A stretch of DNA of 64,000 nucleotides, taken from assembly GCA_903855135.1 (NCBI GenBank), contig CAINYB010000007.1, forward strand, positions 8,402 through 72,401. Reading direction: 5' to 3'. Both the position numbers and the translations under genes were made by a program. Positions 1-10,159 of the stretch are shown piece after piece. Source of the stretch: an uncultured bacterium. Its GTDB lineage: Bacteria; Patescibacteriota; Patescibacteriia; UBA1558; GWA2-36-10. Position 1 is the stretch's first letter. Each line of letters begins with the position of its first letter. The notes below the pieces were generated by a model, which was not told the origin of the DNA, ran no database searches, and worked only from the letters and a program-made list of their open reading frames with translations.

Positions 1-80
1 TGGGTATGGCCTGTTACAAGTCTTCAATTTGTATTTATTCTACACCTTTAAAAAAATTTGTCAAATCTAATCTATACTAA

Positions 81-1793
81 TTATCCTAAATACTTTTCTT
101 TAATATTTCTTCTTCTTAACTTTAAGCTTGGGGTTAACAAACCATTTTCTTGACTAAATTCCTCGCTTAATAACTGAAAATTGCTTATGTTTTCTAAATG
201 CGATAAAGCACTTAATTGTTTATCTAGTTCTGCCTGGTAGAGAGCTAAAACTTTACTGTTATACAAAATATTAGGCAAAACATATACTAAATCTTGTTCT
301 TTACACCATTTTTCTAATTCTTGAAAATCTGGCACCAAAAATGCGGAAATATTTTTTTGTTTATCACCATAAACAAAACTTTGGCTAATATATTTATTTT
401 CATTTATTTTACTTTCTATCGGTTCGGGGAAAATATTTTTACCAGTAGAAAGCACGATCATATCTTTAGCGCGACCAATGATCGTCAAAAAACCGTCCTC
501 ATCGATAAAACCCAAATCCCCTGTATGAAACCAGCCTTTCTCGTCTATCGCTTCATGAGTTGCTTCGCTATTATTATAATACGCCAGCATTAAATTGTCA
601 CCTTTTATCAAAATTTCTTTGTCGTCATTAATAAAAACTTGGTTGCAATCCAAAACTTTTCCCACAGTGCCAAATTTATGATCATCTATTTGATTGACAG
701 CTACTATTGGCGAAGTCTCCGTCAGACCATAGCCCTCGATCACCAGTACTCCAAAACTAGCAAAAAACTTAGCAATCGCTTGATTCAAAGACGCGCCGCC
801 AGAAATAGCCATGCGCAAATTAGCACCTAAGATGTGACGAATTTTTTTAAAAACTAAAAAGTCTAAAAAATAAAATACTATTTTTTGCCAAAAGTTTAAA
901 TTATTTTTTTTCTTGGCTTTTGCTAAATTTAGAGCGCTAAAAAATATTTTTTTCTTTAACTCACTACTAGATCTTATTTGATCAAAAATTTTATCATAAA
1001 TTCTTTCAAAAATACGTGGCACAGCCGTCAAAATAGTGGGACGAGCAAATTTTATATCCTCTAAAATTGTTTTTTGATTACGAGCGAAATAAATACTCGC
1101 TCCAGAAAATATTGGTGCATAATAGCCAGCCGCTCGTTCAAAAGCATGAGATAAAGGCAAAAAAGAAAAAAATCTATCTGAATTTTTAATCTCAATCAAT
1201 TTTTTGGCTGACATCACGTCAGCTACTAAATTTTTATGGCTCAAAACCACACCTTTGGGGTCGCCAGTAGTGCCAGAGGTATAAATGATAGTATGCGGAC
1301 TATTGGCATCAATCTCTAAATCTAACTCTGCTAAACTATATTGATACTCTAATTTTGGCCAAGGAGAAATATTATCTTTATTTTCATGCCCATTGCCGAC
1401 GATAATGATTCGTTTAAAATCTATAGTTTGCCACAAGCTTTGATATTTATTCCAATACTCATCTTGGATAAGCAAATATTTTAGCTCGGCATGCTGAATG
1501 ATTTTTTTCATCTGCTCAGGATTATACGTAGTATGCAAAGGCACGTTTATCAAACCCAAAGTAGCACAAGCCAAATCTGTCATGATCCACTCTGGGCCAT
1601 TATTTAACAAAACACCTATTTTATCACCTGAGTTTAAAGCAAATTTTTGCAAAAAATAAGCGATTTGCAAACGAAAATTATCTAAATATTTATAATTAAT
1701 TTTTTGATACTTTTGTTTTTTTATACTCGCCAAAGCCGTGCGATTTAAATTCGCTTTCGCTATTTGACTAAATTGTTGATAAATATTAGGCAT
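81..1793 (-). CDS. Long-chain fatty acid--CoA ligase (AMP-binding, FadD15-like)
   Basis: YTSGTTGDPKG AMP-binding motif, EGYGLTE, GWFHTGDLG, LLTPSLKLRR C-terminal motif. Confidence 0.9.
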   Translation of the reverse strand: MPNIYQQFSQIAKANLNRTALASIKKQKYQKINYKYLDNFRLQIAYFLQKFALNSGDKIGVLLNNGPEWIMTDLACATLGLINVPLHTTYNPEQMKKIIQHAELKYLLIQDEYWNKYQSLWQTIDFKRIIIVGNGHENKDNISPWPKLEYQYSLAELDLEIDANSPHTIIYTSGTTGDPKGVVLSHKNLVADVMSAKKLIEIKNSDRFFSFLPLSHAFERAAGYYAPIFSGASIYFARNQKTILEDIKFARPTILTAVPRIFERIYDKIFDQIRSSSELKKKIFFSALNLAKAKKKNNLNFWQKIVFYFLDFLVFKKIRHILGANLRMAISGGASLNQAIAKFFASFGVLVIEGYGLTETSPIVAVNQIDDHKFGTVGKVLDCNQVFINDDKEILIKGDNLMLAYYNNSEATHEAIDEKGWFHTGDLGFIDEDGFLTIIGRAKDMIVLSTGKNIFPEPIESKINENKYISQSFVYGDKQKNISAFLVPDFQELEKWCKEQDLVYVLPNILYNSKVLALYQAELDKQLSALSHLENISNFQLLSEEFSQENGLLTPSLKLRRRNIKEKYLG

Positions 1794-1798
1794 AAGAA

Positions 1799-2593
1799 TT
1801 AATGACTTTTAATAAACTGTAAAGTTTTAGTAAAAATAAAGTCTCTCCTGGTAGTGTCCACAGGATTATGATCATTGCGATTTAAAATAAATAAGTGTTT
1901 ATCTTTGGTCCCCGTCAAATGTTCAAATAAATATTCTGAACTCAAAGGACTAGAAATCACATCGTCACGAGAATGAATCACTAAAACTGGATGCTTGACT
2001 TTATGGGCATTTTTTTTAGTATATTCATCGATAAAATGATAAAAACTAACTAAATTTGGGATCGGAATATAATTATGTTTACCAAACTCCTCTAGACTAG
2101 ACTCCTCTTCTTCGCTTAACCAAGTTTTTTTATAAGTTTTTTTAAAAATTTTAGCTAAAGGTAAAAGTAAACGAATATTTTTTTCACTACGCATAATGAT
2201 CGGAATACCTAAAGAAACTATCGCTGTAATCTCTGGTGCCACCAAAGATACTTCTAGAGATAAATTAGCACCAAAAGAATAGCCGACTAAAAAAATCTTC
2301 TCATATTTACCAAAGTTTTCTCGAACCACTTGCAAAAGTGCTTGATGCCAATCTTTTTCATTGGCCTGCAAAAGCATAGCCATCGAGCCACCGTGTCCTG
2401 GCAATAATGGCACAACTACATCCATATCATTTTCCGCCAAAAAATCTGCCAAAATCCACAGATCATAAGGCGTGCCAGTAAAACCATGCACTAAAATAGC
2501 CAAGGTTTTATTGCCATTTTTAATCTGAAAAGGCCAAGCCTTTTTAGCTGCTCCACTCACCTCCTTAAAAATCTTTTCCTGTGCGACAATCAT
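1799..2593 (-). CDS. Alpha/beta hydrolase (carboxylesterase / monoacylglycerol lipase-like)
   Basis: HGFTG oxyanion motif, LPGHG, GYSFG nucleophile elbow, Asp/His candidates. Confidence 0.85.
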   Translation of the reverse strand: MIVAQEKIFKEVSGAAKKAWPFQIKNGNKTLAILVHGFTGTPYDLWILADFLAENDMDVVVPLLPGHGGSMAMLLQANEKDWHQALLQVVRENFGKYEKIFLVGYSFGANLSLEVSLVAPEITAIVSLGIPIIMRSEKNIRLLLPLAKIFKKTYKKTWLSEEEESSLEEFGKHNYIPIPNLVSFYHFIDEYTKKNAHKVKHPVLVIHSRDDVISSPLSSEYLFEHLTGTKDKHLFILNRNDHNPVDTTRRDFIFTKTLQFIKSH

Positions 2594-2690
2594 AAAAGTT
2601 TCTAATTATCCAATCCCCGCTATCGCGGGGACTAATAAGACTCAAGTAATTGTTTGCCCCCGGCGTATGCCGGGACAAGCAAATAAACTT

Positions 2691-3260
2691 TTAATCTTTT
2701 AATTTAAATTTCTCTTGTAAAAAATTTTGATAAACTTTGTCCTCCTCCATCATTTGTAAAATAATTTCTCTGATCATATCTGCTTTTTTCTTGTTTATAT
2801 CTTTGCTTTTCCAAATCAAATAATCAGAAATTTTGGGCGAAATACGTAAAGTATATTTGAGATGAATCATATCTCGACCGCTATCTTTATCTAAAGTTTG
2901 TAAAAAATTCGCTAAATCACCAAAACCAGTTTTTGCTTGCCAGATTTTCACAGTAATTTTTTCTTTAAAATGTGGAGAATTAAGCCAGTTTTTTAATTGA
3001 TTAACGTTATATTTTTCTTTTTCTGGTAAAAATAAAACTGCTTTATTTTGCGACAAAGCCAAGGCCATAAAATAGCTGGCTTGATCATCTAAATCGCCGA
3101 AGATCACTAAGGCTTCGATATCCGTCAAAGATTCAGTTGTTTTGGCTTTATTTAGATTACTTAAAACTTCTATTTTAGCTTTTTTAAAATAATGTAAAAT
3201 ATTTTTACTCTCTTCTGGTGAGCCGTTACTATAAAAATAAATCATCATACTGCTTGTCAT
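2691..3260 (-). CDS. Hypothetical protein, possible C-terminal ribbon-helix-helix domain
   Basis: ORF overlaps the stop of the upstream gene; C-terminal KYTLRISPKISDYL...KADMIRE resembles RHH. Confidence 0.5.
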   Translation of the reverse strand: MTSSMMIYFYSNGSPEESKNILHYFKKAKIEVLSNLNKAKTTESLTDIEALVIFGDLDDQASYFMALALSQNKAVLFLPEKEKYNVNQLKNWLNSPHFKEKITVKIWQAKTGFGDLANFLQTLDKDSGRDMIHLKYTLRISPKISDYLIWKSKDINKKKADMIREIILQMMEEDKVYQNFLQEKFKLKD

Positions 3261-4246
3261 TAAATATTTAAAAATTCACCAGCTATATCCCTCGCTATCT
3301 GGGTGGCAATATCTTCTGGCTTATGAAAATTACTTAAAACCCATAAAGTCTTGATGATAGCTGAAGACCAAGAACAGCCGACTAAGTGAATACCAAATTT
3401 GGCTGGATTTAAATACACGGGATGATAAAAAATCACTGGTATCGTCAAATCTTTAATAATTTTTACTTGCTCTTCAGTCAAACTTTCTCTTTGCATTTTC
3501 ACTAAAATCCCTTGATAATTTTTGGCAATATTTTTTATACCTTGCCAATCATCACTTAAACTATTATCTAAAATAAGTAGTTTACTATTAATTTTATTAA
3601 AAATTTTAGTGGCTTTTTTTGGATAGCTTAAATCACTTTTTAAACTAATACCAAAATCTACTTTAGCTAAATAATCATTATCTAAACTACTAAAAAAATA
3701 ATTATTTTTTTGTCTTTCTAAGTTAGCTTTAGTGCCCAGCACTAAACGACTGCCAAACATGATGCTAGGATAAGGTAAAGTTTCAGTCGCTACTTGTAAA
3801 GCATTGATTAAATTGGCTCGCAAAGAAAAACCGCCATAATTTGCTATCAGACTTTGCGCTAAATCTTTTTTGTCTCGCAAATACAAACCACTCATCTGCG
3901 CACCAGTTAAAACTATAGTTTTGTTGATATTTTGCAATAAAAAAGTCAAAGCATTAGCGGTCAAAATTAACTGCTCTACTTTAGAAACGATAATAAAGCT
4001 GTCATAATTTTTTGCCTGCAAACTAATAAATTTAGCCATTTTCTCCCATAATTCAGGTCCAACTATTTCTTCTTCACCACTTAAAAAAACTACTTTAGTA
4101 TCAGCTAAAATATTAAGCTCTGGCATAGTGTTGAGCCAAGCAGAGATATCTTCCTCTTGGTTCACCATTAAGACTTCTTTATTTTTAGCCATTGTCCAGG
4201 TGCCACCAGCTAAGATGATGCAAATTTTCTTTTTCTGTGCTGTCAT
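3260..4246 (-). CDS. L-asparaginase-like protein with degenerate active site
   Basis: IILAGGT N-terminal motif and TIVLTGAQ present; HGTDT motif replaced by SKVEQ. Confidence 0.7.
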   Translation of the reverse strand: MTAQKKKICIILAGGTWTMAKNKEVLMVNQEEDISAWLNTMPELNILADTKVVFLSGEEEIVGPELWEKMAKFISLQAKNYDSFIIVSKVEQLILTANALTFLLQNINKTIVLTGAQMSGLYLRDKKDLAQSLIANYGGFSLRANLINALQVATETLPYPSIMFGSRLVLGTKANLERQKNNYFFSSLDNDYLAKVDFGISLKSDLSYPKKATKIFNKINSKLLILDNSLSDDWQGIKNIAKNYQGILVKMQRESLTEEQVKIIKDLTIPVIFYHPVYLNPAKFGIHLVGCSWSSAIIKTLWVLSNFHKPEDIATQIARDIAGEFLNI

Positions 4247-4254
4247 TAATTTAT

Positions 4255-5619
4255 TTACTTATTAGCTAATAAGAAACTGCCGATGGCAATGTCTAAATAA
4301 TCTTTTATTTTGGTTAAAAATTGTAACTGCTGAGCAGATAAAAACTTCTGTTTAGCATCAATCATCACTAATCCTAATAACTGTTGATTATAAAAAATCG
4401 GTAAAGCAAAATCAATTTTTTGTTTCTCCATAGACTCTGCCAGATAATGATCAGTCTGCAAATACTGAATTTCCGCTTTATTAGCACCTTCTGGATGTTG
4501 ACCTAAAAATTGTAATAATTGACTATCTTTTAAGACTAATAATCTTTCTCCTACTGGATAAACTTGATGAAAAACTTCACTGTTATTATGTTTCGCTAAA
4601 TAAACAAACAAATCTTGATAATCAATCACCTGAGCAATGACTTTGGCTAAACGAGAAAATAAAATATTTAAGTCCGCTCCAGAACGCAAAACATCAGCTA
4701 CTTGTTCGACACTTAATTCAATCTTTTGTTGTGGATTAAAGAAAAAATAATTTAAAAATTTATAAATCGCCTGATAAACTAAAGGTGAGCTAAAACCAAT
4801 CAAAAGTACAAAAGACAATTGATTAGACAAAACCATAAAGTCTATTTTGACAAAACGCAAAAGTGAGATAAATAAAAAGTAAAAAACAAACAGCGTGCTA
4901 AAAAAAGCTATTAAATCCAAAGCCGTCTTTAAAAATAGTTGTTTTAAATCCCAAAATCGATAGCGAGCTAAAGCATAAACTAACACTAGAGTAAAAAATA
5001 CCGCGCTATCTACCCCTAAATAAAATAAATTTTTTAAGCCAAATAATGGCAAAACTACACTAAATAATAAAGCGAAAGTAGCCGTCAAGGCAGTGCCAAA
5101 AAAAAGATAAGAAATTTGTTTACGGACGATCAAATTTACTCTTTTGCTCATTTTAGCCAAAAATGTCAAAGCAAAACCAATCACTAGTAAAAAATAAGCT
5201 AAAAAATAATAATACAAAACTTCTTGCTGGAAAACAAAGCCGTGTTCAGTGACCGTCACACTGCTGATGTTATAGTCAGAAAATAAGAAAGGAATCATCA
5301 GCACCGCTGGTAGCCAGACCAAAATTTTGGTATAGTGCTTCACTATTTGGCAACGATCGCATAAAGAAAAAACCAGCCACAAAAAGGCTGGAGCAATAAA
5401 TAAATTAGGTAATAAACCAAAACGAGCACCCAATAATAGATAGTCAGTAAAGCGTAAAAAAAGAACATTTATCAGCTCAATACTCTGCCACAAGGTCACC
5501 AAAACAATCAATAAAAGGACGGGTAAACGATGTTTTTGTTGTTTATTGAAGGCAACAAAAACCACTAATATCAAATTAATTACCCAGGCACAAATTAAGA
5601 TTAAATTAGCTAAAGTCAT
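4255..5619 (-). CDS. Membrane sensor: histidine-kinase N-terminal 7TM-like region plus GAF-like domain, no kinase core
   Basis: Many TM helices, YALARYRFWD, C-terminal ALPIFYNQQLLGLVMI GAF-like segment; protein ends before any HisKA/HATPase. Confidence 0.65.
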   Translation of the reverse strand: MTLANLILICAWVINLILVVFVAFNKQQKHRLPVLLLIVLVTLWQSIELINVLFLRFTDYLLLGARFGLLPNLFIAPAFLWLVFSLCDRCQIVKHYTKILVWLPAVLMIPFLFSDYNISSVTVTEHGFVFQQEVLYYYFLAYFLLVIGFALTFLAKMSKRVNLIVRKQISYLFFGTALTATFALLFSVVLPLFGLKNLFYLGVDSAVFFTLVLVYALARYRFWDLKQLFLKTALDLIAFFSTLFVFYFLFISLLRFVKIDFMVLSNQLSFVLLIGFSSPLVYQAIYKFLNYFFFNPQQKIELSVEQVADVLRSGADLNILFSRLAKVIAQVIDYQDLFVYLAKHNNSEVFHQVYPVGERLLVLKDSQLLQFLGQHPEGANKAEIQYLQTDHYLAESMEKQKIDFALPIFYNQQLLGLVMIDAKQKFLSAQQLQFLTKIKDYLDIAIGSFLLANK

Positions 5620-5697
5620 ACAAAAAGGGATAAATCAGCCGTCTTAATAGACCGCCGTCATAATTATCATAGTAAAATCAAGGCTTTTTGTCAAATC

Positions 5698-7125
5698 TTA
5701 ATTTTTTGCAAAATAGGTCTCAATCGCCTGCTCTGCTTCTGTGCATTTTATAAAATCTTTATAGCCAGGAGCACTCTCATCTGGCATCATACCAGTGCTA
5801 CAGTCATTGCTCCATAATAATTTATCTTCATATGCATGTAATGGCCCTAGACCACCAGCGCTACAAAATGCCCCGTTGTCTGCACCAAAAGCTAAAAACT
5901 TTTCGTTAGACCAATTGTTATAATTTGGTGTGATTGTTAAAACAAAAGCTCCGTTATACAAAAATTGTTTAATGCTACCAAAATTTGCTTCTTTTTTAAA
6001 ATCAGCAAATTCTTTATTAAAGCCATCTACTTGCGCGCATTCATTTGGATCACCAAAAATATCATACCCTAAACTTTGTTTATTTATTTCTTTATACAAA
6101 CTCCAATTTTCTATTTGGCCGATGTTATTTTCAATAAATTTAAAATTATCCCAAATTTTTTGATGCATACTTAATTCATCGCCACGAGTATAAATAATAA
6201 ATAAATTATTATCTTTTATAAAAACTGTTAGTTTATCATATGAAAAATCTTCATCTTTACTATAGCCATAAAATACTTGGGCTGGATAATTATCAATTAA
6301 AATATTTCTTTCAAATTTTTGATAATACATATCACTCTTAGCATTTTCTGCTTCTTGCCATTGTTTAATAGTTTTAAAACTAGTGTTCTCTGAGACCAAG
6401 ATGCTCATCGCACCATAACCCTCAGTATTAATATCTTCAAAGTAAACAAAATCCGGATAACCAGAACAATATTCAGGCATTATTATGCCGTCTGGATAAT
6501 TAAAAAAATAATGATATTTATCATTGATATATAAATTATCATAGCTATAAATAGCTGAAAACTTTTTAGTAAAATTAGCTATTTTAAAACTACGCAAAAT
6601 ATTATCTTGCACAACTGGGTTACTAATAAAACGAGTATTAATTTCAAATAAAACATTATTTTTAATAAAAACTGTTTTTTTACTCTGCCCTTTTTCAATA
6701 ACCACTTGACTTTGATCTGATATCTCTGAATTAGGATAGCTACTCTCTAAATAAGTAACCAAAGCTTTATTTCCGTCTGTTTTGATTTGTTTTTCTACCA
6801 CGCGCTTTTTATTGAATTTCTGTAAATATTCATTTTCTTTTTCCAACCATTGGTCTAAAGAGGAAAAATTTTGTGGTGAAGTAACTATTGAAATTCCATC
6901 AAAATAAAAATCTTGTGGATATTCTTCAACAAAAACCGGATTATCATTACCAGAACAATGAGATTTTTGCTCTAAATACTTAGGATATTTAAAAGAATAA
7001 TTATAAGTTTGATTATGATAAGTATTTAATAACTTATTTTCTTTATTTTTTTGGTAAAACAAAAAGCTAGCCAAAATAATAATGGCTATTATGCTAATAA
7101 TTAAAATTTTATTCTTTTTAAACAT
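5698..7125 (-). CDS. Secreted/anchored protein with repeated PsbP-like domains (start refined to ATG 7125)
   Basis: N-terminal TM after MFKK; two YxNxxYxYxFxYP...KTVFIKxN.LFxI repeats. Confidence 0.65.
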   Translation of the reverse strand: MFKKNKILIISIIAIIILASFLFYQKNKENKLLNTYHNQTYNYSFKYPKYLEQKSHCSGNDNPVFVEEYPQDFYFDGISIVTSPQNFSSLDQWLEKENEYLQKFNKKRVVEKQIKTDGNKALVTYLESSYPNSEISDQSQVVIEKGQSKKTVFIKNNVLFEINTRFISNPVVQDNILRSFKIANFTKKFSAIYSYDNLYINDKYHYFFNYPDGIIMPEYCSGYPDFVYFEDINTEGYGAMSILVSENTSFKTIKQWQEAENAKSDMYYQKFERNILIDNYPAQVFYGYSKDEDFSYDKLTVFIKDNNLFIIYTRGDELSMHQKIWDNFKFIENNIGQIENWSLYKEINKQSLGYDIFGDPNECAQVDGFNKEFADFKKEANFGSIKQFLYNGAFVLTITPNYNNWSNEKFLAFGADNGAFCSAGGLGPLHAYEDKLLWSNDCSTGMMPDESAPGYKDFIKCTEAEQAIETYFAKN

Positions 7126-7141
7126 AGCTATTTTATTTACT

Positions 7142-7216
7142 CTAATTATATAAAAATTTGACAATTATCGCCACATCTCACATAATGCATTTATATTAAC
7201 TAAATAAAAATTTATG
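7142..7216. repeat. ~75-bp promoter cassette, copy 1 (TTGACA-17-CATAAT)
   Basis: Near-identical to 8525-8598. Confidence 0.9.
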
Positions 7217-7798
7217 AACAAATGGGACCAAATATTTACTACTAATCCACAATACAAACCATTAAATGAAATTTTTTTGGCTGAATTATTAGAAAAAATT
7301 AAAAAAGAAACTAATCCTAATCCCAAAAAAATGATTGATCTTGGTTGTGGCACAGCAAAAACGGTTCTGCAATTCTCAAAACTTGGTTTTGAAGTGACTG
7401 GTTTAGACAATTCTATAGTGGCTTTAAAAAAATTACAAGAAGAAATTGATAATTCTAAAGAACAAAATATCACCTTAATAAACGCTGATTTAAATAATTA
7501 TAACCTTACTTTAGAAGCTGACATTTTTCTATGTAATTTTGTATATGCATTTATAGATAATAAAGAATTCTTTCTCAAAGAAGTGGCTGAATGTTTACGT
7601 GATGATTCTGTATTTATCTTAATAACACCGGTGATACATAAAGAAATAATTTACACGGAAGAAGATAAAACTAAAATTGCTGTAGATTTTGAAGAAACTT
7701 TAAAATTATTAAAAAATATTTTTTCTAGCGTTGATGTTTATCATCATGACTATATTGGTACTAGAGAAGATTATGTAACATTTCTCATTAAAAAATAA
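7214..7798 (+). CDS. Class I SAM-dependent methyltransferase
   Basis: IDLGCGTA motif I, VTGLD motif. Confidence 0.9.
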   Translation: MNKWDQIFTTNPQYKPLNEIFLAELLEKIKKETNPNPKKMIDLGCGTAKTVLQFSKLGFEVTGLDNSIVALKKLQEEIDNSKEQNITLINADLNNYNLTLEADIFLCNFVYAFIDNKEFFLKEVAECLRDDSVFILITPVIHKEIIYTEEDKTKIAVDFEETLKLLKNIFSSVDVYHHDYIGTREDYVTFLIKK

Positions 7799-7811
7799 AG
7801 GCTACCATTTT

Positions 7812-8515
7812 TTATAAAAATTCTACCATACTAACAATCCAATGTTTTACATCTGGATTTTTTTTCCATAAAATTTTACCAAGATTAATCAACTTCGTAT
7901 GATTTGGATAACCCAAATTTTTTATTTTGCCATGCAACTTAACAAAATCATCAGAATCTTGAATGACAACATTAAAAACTTCTGCCAAATCCCAAAATAC
8001 CCCCTCTTCCGTATTTAAATGTTTAAAATTTTTAGGAAAAATTTTTATCGCAAAATCATAAAAAATGAAATGAAGCATTTCGTGAAAAATTGTAAAAAGT
8101 TGCATTTTTTTATTATCATAAAGAAATACTTGAAAACTACCATCCTCTAAAAAACGTGGGCAAAAATCAAATATGGAAAAAAGCCGGTGAATTTATTTTT
8201 TGGCCAAGGATAATTATTAAAAATTTTATCAACTACATAAAAAAAATCATTTTGTGATTTATCAAGATAGACAGAAGTTTTTTTACTAAGTTTCTCTAAT
8301 TCATCAAAATGAGAATTATAAAATTCAACAATATATTTATTTAAAAAAACCTTAGCATTTTTAACAGCTTTAATTTCTAAAAGTTTTGGATGATGACGCA
8401 AGGCTCTTTCTTGCCAAAAATTACAACCACCAATTTCTTGATGATTAAAAAACTCCCAAGCTAATTCTTGATCTAATTTTTGATTAAATTTTAGTTTTAT
8501 GACTGAATTAGACAT
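7812..8515 (-). pseudogene. Frameshifted HExxH-containing (metallopeptidase-like) gene
   Basis: ORFs 8147-8515 and 7812-8105 join if one base is added in the A6 run near 8177-8182 (...GFFSIFDFCPRFLEDGSFQVF...HEMLHF). Confidence 0.7.
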
Positions 8516-8524
8516 AATATTATA

Positions 8525-8598
8525 CTAATTATATAAAAATTTGACAATTATCGCCACATCTCACATAATGGACTTATATTAACTAAATAAAATTTATG
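8525..8598. repeat. ~75-bp promoter cassette, copy 2
   Basis: Near-identical to 7142-7216. Confidence 0.9.
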
Positions 8599-9390
8599 AT
8601 TATCGATAGTCACCTTCATATTTCATATTTAAAAAAACAAAAAACTTTTACAACAATTAAGCGTGATTTGTTGAATTTAATGACTAAAAATAAAGTTGAT
8701 TATGCTATTGTCATACCAGATAACGTTCCCAACCCTCAATGTGCTGACCTTGATGAACTTAGTAAATTAGTCAAAAATGAAAAAAAACTATTTATGATAG
8801 CTACCTTAGCGATCACTAAAATTAATAAAAGCAACCTAGCTCGTATTGACACCATGTTTAAGGAAAAAGAAGCTATTGGCTTTAAAATTTTTCCAGGCCA
8901 TGATCCAATCTACCCTACTGATAAACGTTGGCTACCTATTATTTTATTATGCCAAAAATATAAATTACCCTTTATAATTCATACGGGAGTAAATAGTGGT
9001 CATCCAGAAGTAGCTAAATATAATGACCCAAAATATATTCGGGACTTAGCTTTAAAATTTCCAAAATTAAAAATAATCATTGCTCATTATTTTTGGCCTA
9101 AGCTTGACTATTGTTTTGAAATGACCGAAGGTTTGCCTAATGTATACTTTGATACTTCTGCTCTAGCTGATCCAGAAGTAATAAAAGATAGTGGAGGTAT
9201 CAAAAAAATTAAAGATATTTTAGTTAAAACTATTAAACGTAGACAAGATAGTATTATTTATGGCACAGATTGGCCTATTTGTAGTTTTGAAAAGCATATT
9301 AATTTGATTAAAGCTTTACCAATCAGTAATGAATTAAAAAAAGACATCTTTTTTAGAAACTCTCTAAAACTTTTTCCAATTAAAAAATAA
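8596..9390 (+). CDS. Amidohydrolase family (Amidohydro_2) metal-dependent hydrolase
   Basis: IDSHLH, IIHTG, IIAH, YFDTS, YGTDWP motifs. Confidence 0.9.
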   Translation: MIIDSHLHISYLKKQKTFTTIKRDLLNLMTKNKVDYAIVIPDNVPNPQCADLDELSKLVKNEKKLFMIATLAITKINKSNLARIDTMFKEKEAIGFKIFPGHDPIYPTDKRWLPIILLCQKYKLPFIIHTGVNSGHPEVAKYNDPKYIRDLALKFPKLKIIIAHYFWPKLDYCFEMTEGLPNVYFDTSALADPEVIKDSGGIKKIKDILVKTIKRRQDSIIYGTDWPICSFEKHINLIKALPISNELKKDIFFRNSLKLFPIKK

Positions 9391-9394
9391 TTTA

Positions 9395-9440
9395 AAAAGG
9401 CTGATGGCATCGAATCGCAATGATTCAACTCCATCAGCCC
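9395..9440 (-). terminator. Intrinsic terminator of the radical SAM operon
   Basis: GGCTGATGG...CCATCAGCC stem followed by a T-tract on the minus strand. Confidence 0.75.
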
Positions 9441-9455
9441 CGAACTCTCTACCAG

Positions 9456-9587
9456 TTACTTCTTGGTGCTGGGAGAGGGTGTGGTGGTGGTTGGCTTGAC
9501 AGCCGGTGCTTCGCTGGCGTCAGATTTCTTCTTGACGCTGAGCTTTTCCACCTTTTGGCTGTCCATCACAGCCTTACATTTGCTCAT
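9456..9587 (-). CDS. Unannotated 43-aa peptide MSKCKAVMDSQKVEKLSVKKKSDASEAPAVKPTTTTPSPSTKK, candidate RiPP precursor
   Basis: AGGAG RBS, ATGA overlap with the upstream stop, terminator directly downstream. Confidence 0.7.
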   Translation of the reverse strand: MSKCKAVMDSQKVEKLSVKKKSDASEAPAVKPTTTTPSPSTKK

Positions 9588-10159
9588 GGCCGTTTCTCCT
9601 TTCTGTTTGGCCTGATGTCCTGCAGACAAGCAAGAGTCAGGTAGCGGTTAGAGCCTTCTGGAAACTTAGTAATGTCGTCAACAGATTGAAAGGTCTTGAT
9701 GACGACTGCAAAGAGCGAGTGGGTCATCCTTTGTATCAATTTAATAGCGCTTTGTTTGAAAACTTCATTATCTTGATGCTCATTAGCGAATTGACAATCC
9801 AAATGGAGCACTAAATAAACCTTACCATCTTCGCTAATGAAATTCAATGGATAGAGCCTACAGACCAATGGACGAATTTGATGTATGGTACAGAGACGAT
9901 TTAAACAAAGCGGACAAGGTGGTTTGACCTGTTCAATGTTGATCGGTTGACCACCAGAAAAGGGGTTAATGAAGTTGATACCGTCGTTGACTTCAAGCAA
10001 CGAGACACCAGCTTCGAATAGAACATCTGCTTCTGCCGGTAAAAGCCACATATACCCCTTACAATCTTCATCGTGGCAATTCTGACAGACAGTACTGATG
10101 CCCACCAACAACTCATCTAGGGCGACGTAAAGTTCGTCGATGGTTTTGATTCTTTTCAT
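9584..10159 (-). CDS. YkgJ-family (CxxCxxCC-like) cysteine-cluster protein (start refined to ATG 10159)
   Basis: CQNCHDEDC...CPLCLNRLCTIHQIRPLVCRLYP; TGATG coupling with upstream gene; GAGGAG RBS. Confidence 0.8.
   Translation of the reverse strand: MKRIKTIDELYVALDELLVGISTVCQNCHDEDCKGYMWLLPAEADVLFEAGVSLLEVNDGINFINPFSGGQPINIEQVKPPCPLCLNRLCTIHQIRPLVCRLYPLNFISEDGKVYLVLHLDCQFANEHQDNEVFKQSAIKLIQRMTHSLFAVVIKTFQSVDDITKFPEGSNRYLTLACLQDIRPNRKEKRP

Noticed and set aside
9420-9644. + strand 74-aa ORF
   Set aside because: It is the antisense shadow of the 43-aa peptide and YkgJ gene, with no RBS, and it starts inside the terminator.
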